A DNA stretch of 62,449 bases, the filler included, from Sphaeroforma arctica JP610 (Eukaryota): assembly GCF_001186125.1 (NCBI RefSeq). It is 4 parts of 3 records of this genome, joined end to end, with 100 filler letters (N's around TTAATTAATTAA, not from the genome) between each part and the next. Parts side by side here need not be neighbours in the genome. Positions count along the whole stretch, not along the records: positions 40,894 to 60,270 come from NW_014040519.1; positions 60,371 to 62,449 come from NW_014040516.1; 2 more parts are not named here. One strand, 5' to 3'. The position numbers and the translations under genes were made by a program. Under the pieces are notes generated by a model that ran no database searches, was not told the DNA's origin, and saw only the letters and a program-made list of their open reading frames with translations. This document shows, piece by piece, positions 49,340 to 62,449 of the stretch (its first letter is position 1; every line of letters begins with the position of its first letter).

Positions 49340-52300
49340 ATTCACTGACAGCCCTTCGCCAAATCCAACCCCCACTTGTCGTTAGGGCCAGATTGAGTAA
49401 CAATATATTATGTAATCTATATACATTCAAGAGAAATGTGCCTGCATCATAACACATAATCATCAGCGATGGTAACATCCACTGAATCTGATGTTCATTT
49501 GTCCTTTTGCCCTGTTCTGAGTATGCCATCATAACCATACGTACGCTCATTTTTAGCTGTATAGGGGATATTGTAGTAGTCCGTAAGAACTGCACCAGCG
49601 ATGTTTCCAATTCAAATTCAGCTGAAGGAGCTGGGATACGCTGCAGCTGCACGCCATCAGAACCAACAAGAGCCTTATCACACATACGCTGATATATAGT
49701 CCACACTGATTGCATACGCTCCGCCCATTCTCGGGCACTCTTGGATGTCAACAGTATACGCACCAACAGAGCTCGAACCGCGAGTGGATGCTGCGCAAAA
49801 GGTGTGTGGCGAAACAGCCATGCCTGATAAGTACCTGCAGTCTGTATATGTGCCACTGTTTCCAGTTACGATTCAACGTAGTTCTTTTCATGATGGAAAT
49901 CAACAAAAGAACGATGTAGAGGAATGGTCTCGTTCATATATCGAAGCCGATGTATCACCGGCCCTTCATGCGCAATCACTGTGGCCGGGAAGTACCCCTT
50001 TGCCAGTAACTTGTGACCCAATGTCTTCCAACGCTATTGGGTGTCCAAACGTGTCGCAATCTTGTCCCAAACTAATGTGCTAAGATTTGTATCATTAACT
50101 AGCATGTTAGTAATTTTAACCTACAGCGTAAGACGTCGAGGGCCATCGTAAATGAGCCCTATCCGCATAAACATTGTCAACCTAATCGTGGTATGTACTA
50201 GGATAATTAAGTGGTTCCATTCCTCCAGAGTTCGTATGACCCGTTCTGCACAGCCAATACATTCGTGATGATCCACCGTTACCTGATGCATATGTATGTC
50301 AAAGTATAATACAAATTCGGCGAACACTTCATTTTCAAAGGCCGATCCCCAGGGAAAGACCTGTTCACGGAGAAACTTGAGAACACCACGTTCATTTATT
50401 ATAGCTAGTGTAAAACACTCACCACCAGAAATTTTGATAATTCATTGACAGCAACTAAAACTGATGACTCGTCCGCAGGTGCTATGGTGAATTCAACGAA
50501 GCCCATACTCCAATTCGCCGAGATCTACACTGTTCTTCGGGCTGCTGTAGCAAGCCAATAAACACGACCAATCAAGCGGATCTGCCGACGCAGACCCTTC
50601 CAGCCCAAGACATCTTCAGCGAGATGTTCCAACTAAGTCTGCGCGGCGTGCACATATATGATGTGCAAGTATTGGAACGCCTTTACAACTTGCGCCCCAG
50701 TTAAGTTTGTACCCCATATCGATTTAGACGGACACTGTAGTTACACTGGCCAAGGATCAACTGCGTTCGATACTGCCACTTGAGTAGAACCCTTAGTGGG
50801 TAACAGGTCCTAAGCTGCTGGAGAGTTAAGGCTGGTTCATCTGAATCTTCCCCTGTGTGTGCTGCCACGCCAATTGCCAGTGATTTTTTTTTGCCAGCGA
50901 TCTTTTGTCCTGATGCGGCGCAAAAGCCTGCCCCGCTCGTGCCAGAGATTGTCCAAAATGGAAGAAATATTCGCCAGATATCTTGCACATGCCACTATGA
51001 ATGCTACAACCGCTATCGGAGGCTGCCCTACTCGAACTGCCTTGCGCCCCAGAGGCGTAGGACCTAGTGGAACTACAACTGACACAGGTGAAAGCACCAC
51101 TATCACACTTAGTCCAAATAACCAGTCTCACCCGGAAGTTGCGAGGCCCTAATCGACATAACAGTGTGACAGAAGATGTCGGTCCAGCAACTGCATGTCT
51201 ATGTCGATTAAAACTCCCCGCTGTCCTCGCTACAATGATAGGCACATCAGCCAAGTGGAACACTAGGTCCCAAAACCAAGATGCATGCGGACAGTAGGGA
51301 CAAACGAGTGCGCACCACGTCTGGTCCATCCGTACTGTGCGCAACTCTGACCCTAACAACGTCCGAGGAGGAATTGAAGAACCAATTAATGGTATGATCC
51401 CCTCAAAACCTCAAAAACACGCCGCCTTCAAGTGGGGGGACGCAATAAAACGGAAAGACTTGGTAGCCCGGCAGTGTAAACACGTCAGCCGTGTGAGGTC
51501 CCCACAATTTGTCGGCTAGTCGAAAATAGGTCGACGTGAGCTGGTATTCCGCCGTAGCAGCCATGACTACCTAAGGGTCGGCGAAGTACACATACAGGTC
51601 AGAACTGGTGTCCCTGAACCCACATGATGACATAGTCTGGAGAGTAGATCGGCGACTGGAATTTCGACACCTGGTATGTGAACTCGATGTCGAAATCACT
51701 GAGAATATCATAGTAGCGCCCCAACCTCCTACCTCGCACACCATTCGTGAATGACTCCCTAGGTTTTGATAGCATTGCAACCAACGGTTGGTGATCTGTG
51801 AATAAACGAATGACCCGGAATGATAGTCGCAGTGTAACTATATTATTCCTGACCACGTAGACCAGTGCTAAAGCTTCCTTATCGGTGATGTGGTACGCTT
51901 TTTTGTGCTGCGTCAAGCCTTGAGGAGAAGAAACTAACTGGCAGAAATTTGCCTTTTCGCCCCATTGTCAAAACACTTCCGAGACCTACAGATTCGCACG
52001 CATCTACAAACATGACCAGCTGCTCCTGTGGTAAGGGCTCGACCAATATAGCCGAAAAGAGCCACTCTGCGGCTGACTCCAGATGAATGGGCTGTCTTCT
52101 TTCAACAGCTGCGAGACTGGTTCCATGACTCGAGCTAATTTCGGTACGTATTCAGCTCACCACCCCACTGTGTGGTACCACGATTCTAGCAGGTCTTTGT
52201 TCGTTGGTTCTGACAATTCTAGTAGCGCGTGTAATCGATCTTCACCAATTGTTGTGCCCCTGTATTCTACGATTCTACCAATAATGAGTACTGGCGTGCG

Positions 52301-54400
52301 GTACTGAGTTATTGCGCATTTCAACAAGCGTCGTTGGAAGTTGTAAAAATGTAACAAGACATTTTCAATGTTCAACTGGGTCGTTGTGTGAGAACGACAT
52401 GTCATCTATGTACCAAACAAACTATTATAGTTTGACCTTCAATTATTTCACCCAGGACCTCCTGACACCGCCAAGATGTATCCTTTAATACGAACGGAAT
52501 ACCCACGAAAGCATAAAGGCCGAATTGGGGTTTAAATGAGAGATACACACCTGACCCATGTTCTGCGTCGTGATTCCTTGTTCATCAAACCGGACAAGTA
52601 TTCCCGCTCTGTAGCTATGTGGTAAGGTACAGCCCGCAATTGCGTGTTCATGCTTTTCAAATTTATACAACACCTCCAATCGTCTGTCACTACTGGTTGC
52701 ACACCTGGTTTTTTGAACACAAGATGTGGTGCCGACGCTGTATTTCTGCTATGATCCCCGCCTGCAACCAAGCCATCACCTTTTCGTATAAGGCCGCATT
52801 CCTAAGTTCATCACCGAAAGTAGCTCGTGTACTGTGGTATTGCTCCCTCTATCTCATATAACACTAAATTCTCATCAGCCAAAAACTTTGGTCTCATTGG
52901 ATCATAAGCTACGTCCTCAAACAACTGTATGACTGTTTTTTATTCAGTTTACTTAACTCACGCTTGCTTTGTTTGCCAAGAACCACATTCCTTTAGTGTC
53001 TAGCTCAGGACTCGTTGCTTTAACCCAGATTTATATTCCTCCCTCTTAATTAAGCCACTCAACTACACAATATCGCTCCGCAATCCTGGGTAAATCTGTA
53101 GCCACCGCTAGCTTTCTATTCTCCTGCAGATCTTCATATGTCGCCCCAGTATTCACTTCAATAACGCTATCGTAAGCGAGGGGCCCCACTATCTGCTTCA
53201 TGCTCACTTCTCTGGCTACCTCTACCAGTTCATGCTCAGGTACCTCTGTTAGTACAGAACCCTGCCAGATCAAACTCCATCTGTACGCTTGCAAGGTTTT
53301 GTACCTCACCAGTATATCAGATTCCATTGGTTCCCACTATCAACCAGGCATGAAATCTCTATGTACTCTGTAACTGCAAACCACGTTGCCAGCCGTACTT
53401 GTACCTTAACTATGGCCTTGGGCACAAGGTCGCCCATTTCTCCGATTCCCGTATATTTATCCCCAGTATACTTTGATTACTTCAAGGCGTGCTACCAGCG
53501 CGGAGGTGATCAGCGAAGGGGTAACTCCTGAGTCTATAAAACTCAGAGAGCTTTATCTGCGTTGGTATCGCTGCCTTGTCAATGAACGCGACGGTGCACC
53601 AAAGGTTGTTGCACTAGCTAGAACTTGGGATTCCTTCGGTACGCCGTCAGTCGCTCATCCATTTTGTTCATCCGTCTTCTCAGCTGATTTTATCACTGAT
53701 GTACTTATGACCCCCGCAGCCTTCAGCTGTGTCATGGCCGCTGCGACTGCCGCACCTCGGCTCATTTTCGTGCGCTTTTTTTGCTGGCTGCGACGTTTCA
53801 TTGCCCGTGCTACCTTACTTCTGCGGACAATTACGCTCCAAGTGATTAGTAGACTTGCATCCGTGGCAACCCGAATCGCACGCTGAGTCGGGTACTTGCC
53901 CTAACGCGCCCATAGTCCCATTACTATTCCGCGGCTGCCGACTTGCCTTTGCGTGTCTCTAGCAAGTCACTCTGTATTTTGGTGACCAACGGCAACCCTC
54001 CAGAAACGTATGCATTCTCCACTATCACTCTTCCTGATCATGTGGATAACAACTTAGCACAAAGTTTTTGATGTCTACCTCAATATCCTGGAGGTATATA
54101 ATCTTGTTGCCGAATTCTGAATGCCATATCGATGCATTACTATCTGCTCTCACCAATGGCTCACTCAAGACTGGCGCGATAAGATTTGCGACCAGTTCCC
54201 CTGTAGTTTTGCGCCAGACTCCTAAAATCATCGATTATCGCGGCTAATTTAGGCTCTCCTTTTTGGAGCTTTTGCTATGTATCTCATTGCCTCAGTGCGG
54301 AGTTTCTTAGTTAGAGTGTCTTCCGTACTAGGTGTCTTTCCTGCAGCATTTTCTTCCACTTCATCCATCGTGGCTTTAGGAGTTGCTGCTGTAATCAGGC
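49340..54400 (-). mobile_element. Ty3/Gypsy family D, old and heavily decayed: RT, RNase H, methyltransferase remnant, integrase; boundaries approximate
   Basis: DWRCCINLKSMN (RT); YHITDKEALALV..FTDHQPL (RNase H); GPHTADVF, FN/PP, LVCPYCPHASWF (methyltransferase); GSAFENEVFAEF..AERVIRTL (integrase); LTRs not located. Confidence 0.75.
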
Positions 54401-56071
54401 TTTAATCCTCTATGCCTTTGACCGTTCTACCCTTCAAGCATCATGTCCACACAATAATAAAAGTAACCTTAAAAACATTCATCTTGAATTCTTTCAGGTA
54501 CATTACCTTGAGTGCTAGATCGCCAACTATCCCTTTTGCAGAGGTGCCGGGTCCACTGTCAAAAAATTCTAGTCTTCGCTTCTAAGAGCAAGTAAGCCAA
54601 TGTCCAGTCTATTGATACCAAGTCCACCGGAACTGCCGTGCGCAGCTTGCTAGACAATTCCCCGCTAAAATATTGGTGTAATATACCATCTAAGTAAGTG
54701 TGTCGACTGGCATTGTCTTATTTGTCCTTCGTGGTCAATTCTCTGTCATTTTTCAGAGCCAACCGTACTGGATTCTAATCAAACAAGAACTCATGCCGCA
54801 TGGCCAAGGATTTCTGCTTACCAGCAAAAGCTCCCACGCGACTCTTCGCGGCATCTGAGATCGACACATTGTATACACTATTTAGTCCTTAAGCTAAGCG
54901 TATCGTGAGTAGTTGTAATGCGCTTATGTGGAGTAAATTAGCGTACGACTATTCTCGGCGGAAAAACGCTCCGCTTTAGCAATAAAAACCTCTTTTATTG
55001 TTATGTTCCCTACTTAAGTTGTAGACTCTCAAGTATAAAAAATTCTGTCCACCCTATACTGCGGTTTATATTATTGGAGCTCATTCATATTTCCATGATT
55101 GGAAATTCTGGCTCCAATGTTCTTCATATATTTTCATGTATCACAAACATGAGAATACAACATGTTTCCCTCCATCCTATTGTTTACACACACATCTCAA
55201 TGTGCCTCCCTTGTATACACCTTGTTAAGCAATCCGTCTCTTTTACCTTAAAAAGCAACATGTTCTCTTATCCAATCTCATTCTGGCTTGCGCAACACAT
55301 ATTCATATATTGCCTTATACAGCAATTTGCCTCATACAGCAATTCATATGTTGTGCTCATTTACTGAAATACCACATGCAGTAATTCAAACGTTGCGTTC
55401 ACTTGTCTTTACAGATACAACTTAAAATACAGCTTTTATGTGCATGAACACTTATTATGTATTAAGTTTGTCATAGGTACAATTCCAACTTCATAATTCA
55501 GTGTATATCTGTTATCACATTCCGACAACAGACATACACTTCTCATGATTTGGTTGGTCACTTTAGTCTTATCAATGGCACGATATCCAAGCCCAACATT
55601 ACCTTGTTTTCGCAACGGGATTGTTCGGTTTCGGACACGAATAGTATCATCAGTCACAAGTGTTAATATTTAATCCAACAATCCTACACGATCAAGATCA
55701 AGGTTACACTTAATAGTGCTGCCAATGTAACAGATGGCTGCTCTCTGTTTCCTATACGTCTGTCCCGAGCTCTGGATGTATATACACACAAAACGGTACA
55801 CATGAGCGATTACACATTACCGTTACACAAATAGAAATGCAAAAGGCGCTTCCTCACTAACAATGGTTCTATTTGTAACAATGCAATCATCTCGGAGGTG
55901 GACTTGGGGCCTGACCCCTTTGCGAGGGCGGACAAGGTGTGTTTATGTTGTCCTTGAGCATCACCTGGGATACATATGTGCGTTGGGAATCGATTCTGAA
56001 CATGATTCAAAATACATATCAATAGAAATTACAGCTTGTTCACTAATATTGTCTTTATTGTAACCATGCAA

Positions 56072-57812
56072 TCATCGTGGCGGTGGATATGGAGCCTGAC
56101 CGCTTGGCGGGGGCGGATAGGGTGTGTTCTGCTGCCCTTGTGCGTCACCCGGGGGTGACATGTGTGTTGGGAACTGATCGTAGTTACCTACTTGTGCACC
56201 GCCACCTCCGGTGTAGTACAGATCGCCAGGCGCTCTACCAACGCCGGTATTTGGGTAGTTACTACCCTTTTGTCCACTCGCGTACGCCTGGGAAATCGAA
56301 CCCGAATTCGGATTGGAGTAGGGGTAGGGATACGGACTTGGGTTGGGATTTGGGTTAGGATTAGGATTGGGATTCGGATTGCTCCCATACCCCATTATAG
56401 CCTGCGACTGAGGATAGCCCCCGCCCTCCCTCGCCGGCATCTGGCCCGCATACGGATTACGCATACCATACGCGCCACCCTGTGCGTGTCCATGTCCTTG
56501 TGTATCGGTAGACCCGTACATACCCCCCAAACTTGGTTCGTGGGCGCCTGAGTATAGGGGCGGGGGGTATGGTGGTGTGGTACTGTCGAACCGCGGCACT
56601 TCGGCGTACTTCTGGGTAGGTTTGATGTTCTTGCTCCGGTAGTATAGAAACGCGCCGACGAATAGGATGCCCAGCAGTAACAGCGGAACACCAATAAGAG
56701 GGCGGTAAGCAAGCCAGCCAATGGATATGGTGATCTGAACGGGGGAATAAAAGGCAGTAGTTTAAAAAGCCGCACCAGATTTTACACGGCATACAAGATG
56801 ATTAAGATTCTGCGCCAAATAAATCAAGACTTATTTGGGTTCTGAGTGAGATACTAGAATCTGTGCAGCATAAAAAACCCCGCAAAATAGCTGTGCGACA
56901 AATAAAATGGAAAAAAGAGATGCTGAGGACCTACGCGTGATACTGCTTTTAATATGGCATATAAAGTTTATAATCTAAAAATGCTTTTAATACGGCATAT
57001 AACGTTTATACTTTAATAATGATTTTAATATGGCATAAAAAGTATATACTTTACCAATGCTTTTAATACGGCATATAAAGTCTATACTTTAATAATGTTT
57101 TTAATACGGCATATAAAGTTTATAACTACGCAAGCATTACAAAGACTCATGAGTGAATGAGCGCAAAAAAAAAAAGCAAGCGCCCAGGCTCACAACTGAC
57201 TTCACATGAATCACAAGAGAGTTGGGTACTGGGGACCGGGTTACATGACGGAGACATAGCGATAGCAGACAACAACAGAGCACGGCAAACCGTTCACTAA
57301 GATTGCAATTGAGAAGATAAGGCTTCATGGAGGGAACGGTATCTGGCCATTCAAACTCGTGTCCACTGAAAACGTCTCTATAACTGCGTAAACACTACTA
57401 AGTGCGCGGTAGTGAATCGGGCAGGTCATACATGCGCCAGTACATATCAGGGATACAGCAATAGCAGCCAGCAATGAAGCACAGTTGGACGGCACACACA
57501 GACTACCCACAAGCAAAAGCACTCTGTACACATCACTACGGACGGAAGGTCAGGTATTTGGACCAGCCCTCCACAGCAGCCAGTCACCCACTACAGATAC
57601 AACAACGGCCACAAGTATAGGGCAGAGGTACACCATCAGATACTGGAGAGAACTACTGAAAGTTGACCCGTACAGTTACATAATAGAGATACAGAGATAG
57701 CAGCTAGTAAGGAAGCACACCTGAAGGCAACATTATAGATATTCACGATACAAAACTCTATCCATATCACTACTGACAGATTATATATATATATATATAT
57801 ATATATACTATT

Positions 57813-57843
<31 letters not shown>

Positions 57844-57875
57844 CTATCTGCTATCGTCTACTTACTACTACTACT

Positions 57876-57909
<34 letters not shown>

Positions 57910-58486
57910 CGATATATATAAGTATACTATANATAATANNNNNNNNNNNNNNNNNNNNNNNNNNNNNNNNNNNNNNNNNNNNNNNNNNNNNNNNNNNNNN
58001 NNNNNNNNNNNNNNNNNNNNNNNNNNNNNNNNNNNNNNNNNNNNNNNNNNNNNNNNNNNNNNNNNNNNNNNNNNNNNNNNNNNNNNNNNNNNNNNNNNNN
58101 NNNNNNNNNNNNNNNNNNNNNNNNNNNNNNNNNNNNNNNNNNNNNNNNNNNNNNNNNNNNNNNNNNNNNNNNNNNNNNNNNNNNNNNNNNNNNNNNNNNN
58201 NNNNNNNNNNNNNNNNNNNNNNNNNNNNNNNNNNNNNNNNNNNNNNNNNNNNNNNNNNNNNNNNNNNNNNNNNNNNNNNNNNNNNNNNNNNNNNNNNNNN
58301 NNNNNNNNNNNNNNNNNNNNNNNNNNNNNNNNNNNNNNNNNNNNNNNNNNNNNNNNNNNNNNNNNNNNNNNNNNNNNNNNNNNNNNNNTTAATTAATTAA
58401 TTAATTAATTAATTAATTAATTAATTATTAGTTATTATTAATTAATTAATTAATTAATTATTTACTATAACTATATACATATACAT

Positions 58487-58528
<42 letters not shown>

Positions 58529-59519
58529 CTTGACGACGTATTGAAAGCGCGCTCCTACATGTACATACTAGAGATACTGAGACAGCCGCCAGCAATGAAG
58601 CACAGCAGATCGCCCCCCCGATGATGTCCCCGATGCAAGGGCCTATACACGGGATGATGTCTGGCACTACCGACAACGGACCGGCAACCATACTGAAACT
58701 AATCCATAGCAGTACAAAGCCACCGGCGCGTAGTAGCAGCGTCAGCATAGTCAGGTTGTTCTGTAAGTCGTTGAACATCACATCTTCGCTCTTGATCCCC
58801 TCAACCAGGTACGGACCGACCGTGCTCTTACTCTGAGTCCCCTTCCACGATACAAACGTCTGCATGTATTGCCTACCCAGTATGGAGATGGCGCTGGACG
58901 ACGCACCCTGATAGGACACCCGCACGTCGCCTACCAGCGGTCTGCTACAGTCACCCGTGTAGTAGCTAGCCCCGCACAACTGGGTGTTGTAGGAGTCCAG
59001 AGTCCTGGGTGGATACTGACCCGAGGGACGGTAGGAGGGGTGGACAGGGGGGATCAACCCAACAAGCTTCAGCTCTAACCCACGCACCAGGTCGCTCTCC
59101 AGTGTGAACGCCCCTACACCGATGCGGTCACCGGCTTGTACCGAACTTTGCATAGGCCATTCACTGGCTTCCGGGTTCACATACTGCTGGTTGTGGAAGT
59201 GGAGTGAGTCTACGCTGGTGGTGGACCAGGTCTTGTGGTATGAGTACGTGCAGTGGGTAGTCGTGCCCCCGCCGAACTTGTCGTCTTTCTGGGTACAGCT
59301 CTTCTCCTCTTCCCACTGGTACATCTCTACAGTGCGTACAAACTTGAGTCCACTATACTCCATACCCAGGGCAATATCGCGGAAGCTGTCTAAGTGCGTC
59401 ACGGGACAGGCGATATGTACTAGCTTGCCATCGTTCTCCGGCATTATAGGCGCGCACGGTGCCTCTATACATACATGCTTCGCTTCACTCAGGCTCTTGG
59501 CTACATGAATTGCGTTGCC
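56072..59519 (-). CDS. TMEM43: TMEM43/LUMA-family membrane protein, last two exons (59519-58569 and 56734-56072), with a Pro/Gly/Tyr-rich tail; 5' exons not located
   Basis: EGNAI..PENDGKLVH..VRTVEMYQWEE..YHKTWS..VGAFTL..VGDVRVSY..ILGRQ..LLRAGGF, then ITISIGWLAYRP; exons splice in phase across an assembly gap. Confidence 0.85.
56944..57125. repeat. 38-bp intronic tandem repeat, about 5 copies
   Basis: TGCTTTTAATACGGCATATAAAGTTTATACTTTAATAA-like units. Confidence 0.88.
57939..58460. other. Assembly gap with (TTAA)n spacer-derived sequence
   Basis: Long N run followed by TTAA repeats. Confidence 0.9.
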
Positions 59520-59599
59520 CTAAGAGTGGTGCAGATGGTAACGATTCTGTTAAAAGTACTGTAGTATGGAGTAGAACTGCAAGTATGGTCAATTATTCG

Positions 59600-59972
59600 T
59601 TAAATAATATATTATATATTATATATATATATACATATATATATATATACATATATCTATATATATGTCAATACATACCTAGAAAATCATATGAATATAT
59701 ATACATACATACATACATACATTTATATATAATACATACATACACACATGTATATATAAACATACATACATACATAGACCCATACATACATACATACATA
59801 CTTATACACACACACACACATATATATATATAGATATATATATATAAATATTATATATATATATATATATAAATATTATATATATATAATATATATTTAT
59901 ATATTAATATATATATATAAATACAGAATATATTCATATATACATATATTTAATAGTATATATATATATATT

Positions 59973-60003
<31 letters not shown>

Positions 60004-60229
60004 TACATATATATATATATATAATATCTATATACATACATATCATACATACCTAAATACTATAAATATAAATATATATATACTCGCACACAGACACATA
60101 CACAGACAGACACAGACACAGACACAGAAACACAAATATATACACGTATATACACGTATATATATATATATATATATACGTATTTATATATATATACATA
60201 CATATATATATATACGTATTTATATATAT

Positions 60230-60268
<39 letters not shown>

Positions 60269-60270
60269 CT
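59600..60270. repeat. (AT)n/ATAC microsatellite tract
   Basis: Read directly. Confidence 0.92.
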
Positions 60271-60370
60271 NNNNNNNNNNNNNNNNNNNNNNNNNNNNNN
60301 NNNNNNNNNNNNNNTTAATTAATTAANNNNNNNNNNNNNNNNNNNNNNNNNNNNNNNNNNNNNNNNNNNN
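60271..60370. other. Assembly gap with TTAATTAATTAA spacer
   Basis: N runs plus linker. Confidence 0.97.
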
Positions 60371-60549
60371 AATAGGTCCAAGTAGATGAGTCATACCAAA
60401 TACCCAGGCTATTGGAGCCATCAAAGTGCATTTAGAACACTTTGGAAATATTGGAAAAAGAGCTTGTATTAAATTATTTAAAATACAAATAAAAACCAAT
60501 GTATTATCTCAATTGATCTTGATATTTTAGACTGACCGGAGGCCGTATT

Positions 60550-62449
60550 TCTACATTATCAGTGCTCGTAATACTTAGCCACCCGTGGTCAGCAAGGACT
60601 TGGCAATTTAATTCTGCCATGGTCTGCGTATTCTTATCCTTTAATGGATAGAGCAAGTTAAGCCGTGACGCCACATCAAAGAAGTCGCCTGTGTGCTCGG
60701 ATGTGGGCAGGTCAACCAGATCAATGATGACCCTGCGCCATGGAACATCTTCAGTCACACTCTTAAGCGGTGCGAATCCATAGCGCTTGATCTGATTGAA
60801 ATCACAGTCTGTACATGAATGATATACTCTGCCAACTAAAGTTGCAGCTTAGGGTGGGCGATCCCAGTTCGCTTAGCATCTTTAAGTGCGTCTGCTACGT
60901 TCTGGTGCTTCAGCTTATGATTTTACGTCAGCCAAGCAAGAATGTTTTTATCTTTCTGCTCCTCCAGAATAAAGGTAGGATGTTGAGAATCTACTTGCGT
61001 GGTCTCTAAGTCTGTAGTGTTTCCAGACTCCCGTCCTGCTTTCGCATGAGTGTCATAAGTGTGCTCCTGTGCGTTAGAAAACCTGACTTACTAAATAGTC
61101 GCATTATATGTGTATACGCTTTAGGATTGTCTTTCATTAATCCCTTTAGATATAAGGTTTGAAAGACCTCGCTTGGACTTTATGTTATTAAACAGAGTCC
61201 TAGCTATAGACTGACGCTTCTTAACAGTAGTGTCATTAGTATATTGTATTTCTTGTGCACGGACTTCAAGTGCTCTGTTGCCTTTGAACTGCTTAACATT
61301 CAATTGGGTAGAGAGAGATATCTTTGATTCTTTGACCTTGTTAAGGAAGTTCTCAGAAGGGGTCCATTTGGTTGTTCCAATGGGACCTATACGACATATT
61401 ATAGTTTGTCTCCAGAGCGTCTTCTGGACGGCTCGGGTACCCTGATATAGGAAAGTATCTACTTCCCTATCTAAATATATTGGCTCGCATTGAATCATGC
61501 TTATTAATTTATTGAGCCATGGATCTTTACTCTGTTATGGGCAACACAACGCGATGGTAGCTTTATGTATATGAACATAATTCATTAGCTGGGCAATTAA
61601 ATGCCATGGTGGATTAGCTCACGCATTATGTTTGGAGAGGTCTATTTGAAAGGCGTCTCCCAAAGGATGATTTAAAGTCCTGCAATTCGATAGTTGTGCA
61701 TTATGATGTGCAGCAAACATATCTATGGTATGTGGCCCAAATATCTTTTGTGCCAGTTCAAACCACCTGGGATTACACTTCCAGTCAGTGGCTAGTAACT
61801 CATGTACGGATTTATTAAAGTCCGGTACGAAGCGTGATAACGTATCCGGTAAATGGTTATGTATTCCTGGCAGATGTTTTATATCAAAATGAAACTTTGA
61901 TATTATATCATATGCCAGCGACTCAGTAATTGTGAGTCGGGGTTCATCTCTTTCATATATTGAAGAGATTTCTGATCACACATCAGCGTAAATGCTGTTC
62001 CATAAAGTAATCTCGGAAGTGTGTTAGAGCTGCCACTATGGCTAATAGCTCTTGTTTAACAGTTGGGTAATTCAACTGTGAAGCATTCATTGCTCGACTA
62101 AAGAATTGTATATTTCTAGGTTTTTTATCTATAACCTGAAATAATACTCCTCCTAAGGCTAAGTCGGAGGCGTCCGTTGCTATTTCAAACGGCACGCCAT
62201 CGTCTGGTCCTTGTACAACAGGGGCTTGCTGGACTGCGTGTTTGAGCGCTTTAAATGCGTCATCACACTCTTTAGTCCACAAGTCTTCTAGTTTGCCCTT
62301 ATGACATCTTTAAGTGTTCAAAATGTTTAAGGTAATCAGCCAAGTGTGGTACTCCATATGAAAAGAAGTCTACAAACCCACACATGCTGTTAACATCTCT
62401 TCCTGTAGTTGGTGTTCGCCAATCTAACAGGTGTTCTGCCTTACCGGTG
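60550..62449 (-). mobile_element. Family A copy: RT end, RNase H, methyltransferase and truncated integrase; runs off the window
   Basis: Reverse complement of 42280-44130 with frameshifts; DMFA at about 61712-61723; NPPW at about 61605-61616. Confidence 0.92.

Overview
Eukaryotic genomic DNA with GT-AG introns, (AT)n microsatellites and four assembly gaps padded with N plus a TTAATTAATTAA spacer. The host is not identifiable from sequence alone; a unicellular opisthokont is only a guess. About half of the window is a nest of decayed Ty3/Gypsy LTR retrotransposons from four distinct families, here called A, B, C and D. It also holds an ISL2EU/Harbinger-type DDE transposase relic, a Copia gag fragment with its LTR, and three intron-containing host genes: an OSCA/TMEM63-like channel (5' part), a two-thioredoxin-fold ER membrane protein, and a TMEM43/LUMA-like protein. 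The main finding is that all four Gypsy families carry a Dam-like amino (probably N6-adenine) DNA methyltransferase domain (D[MV]FA...NPPW) inside pol, between RNase H and a DDE integrase; families A-C also end in a chromodomain-like module. This domain is classically a DIRS (tyrosine-recombinase) feature, not one of integrase-encoding LTR elements. Other oddities: a conserved in-frame UGA between gag and protease, atypical zinc knuckles, no tRNA primer-binding site (with an inverted repeat compatible with self-priming in B), an extra ORF before gag, a 4-bp target duplication, and minisatellites built from exon/donor junctions. Domain calls rest on motif recognition by eye, not on database searches.
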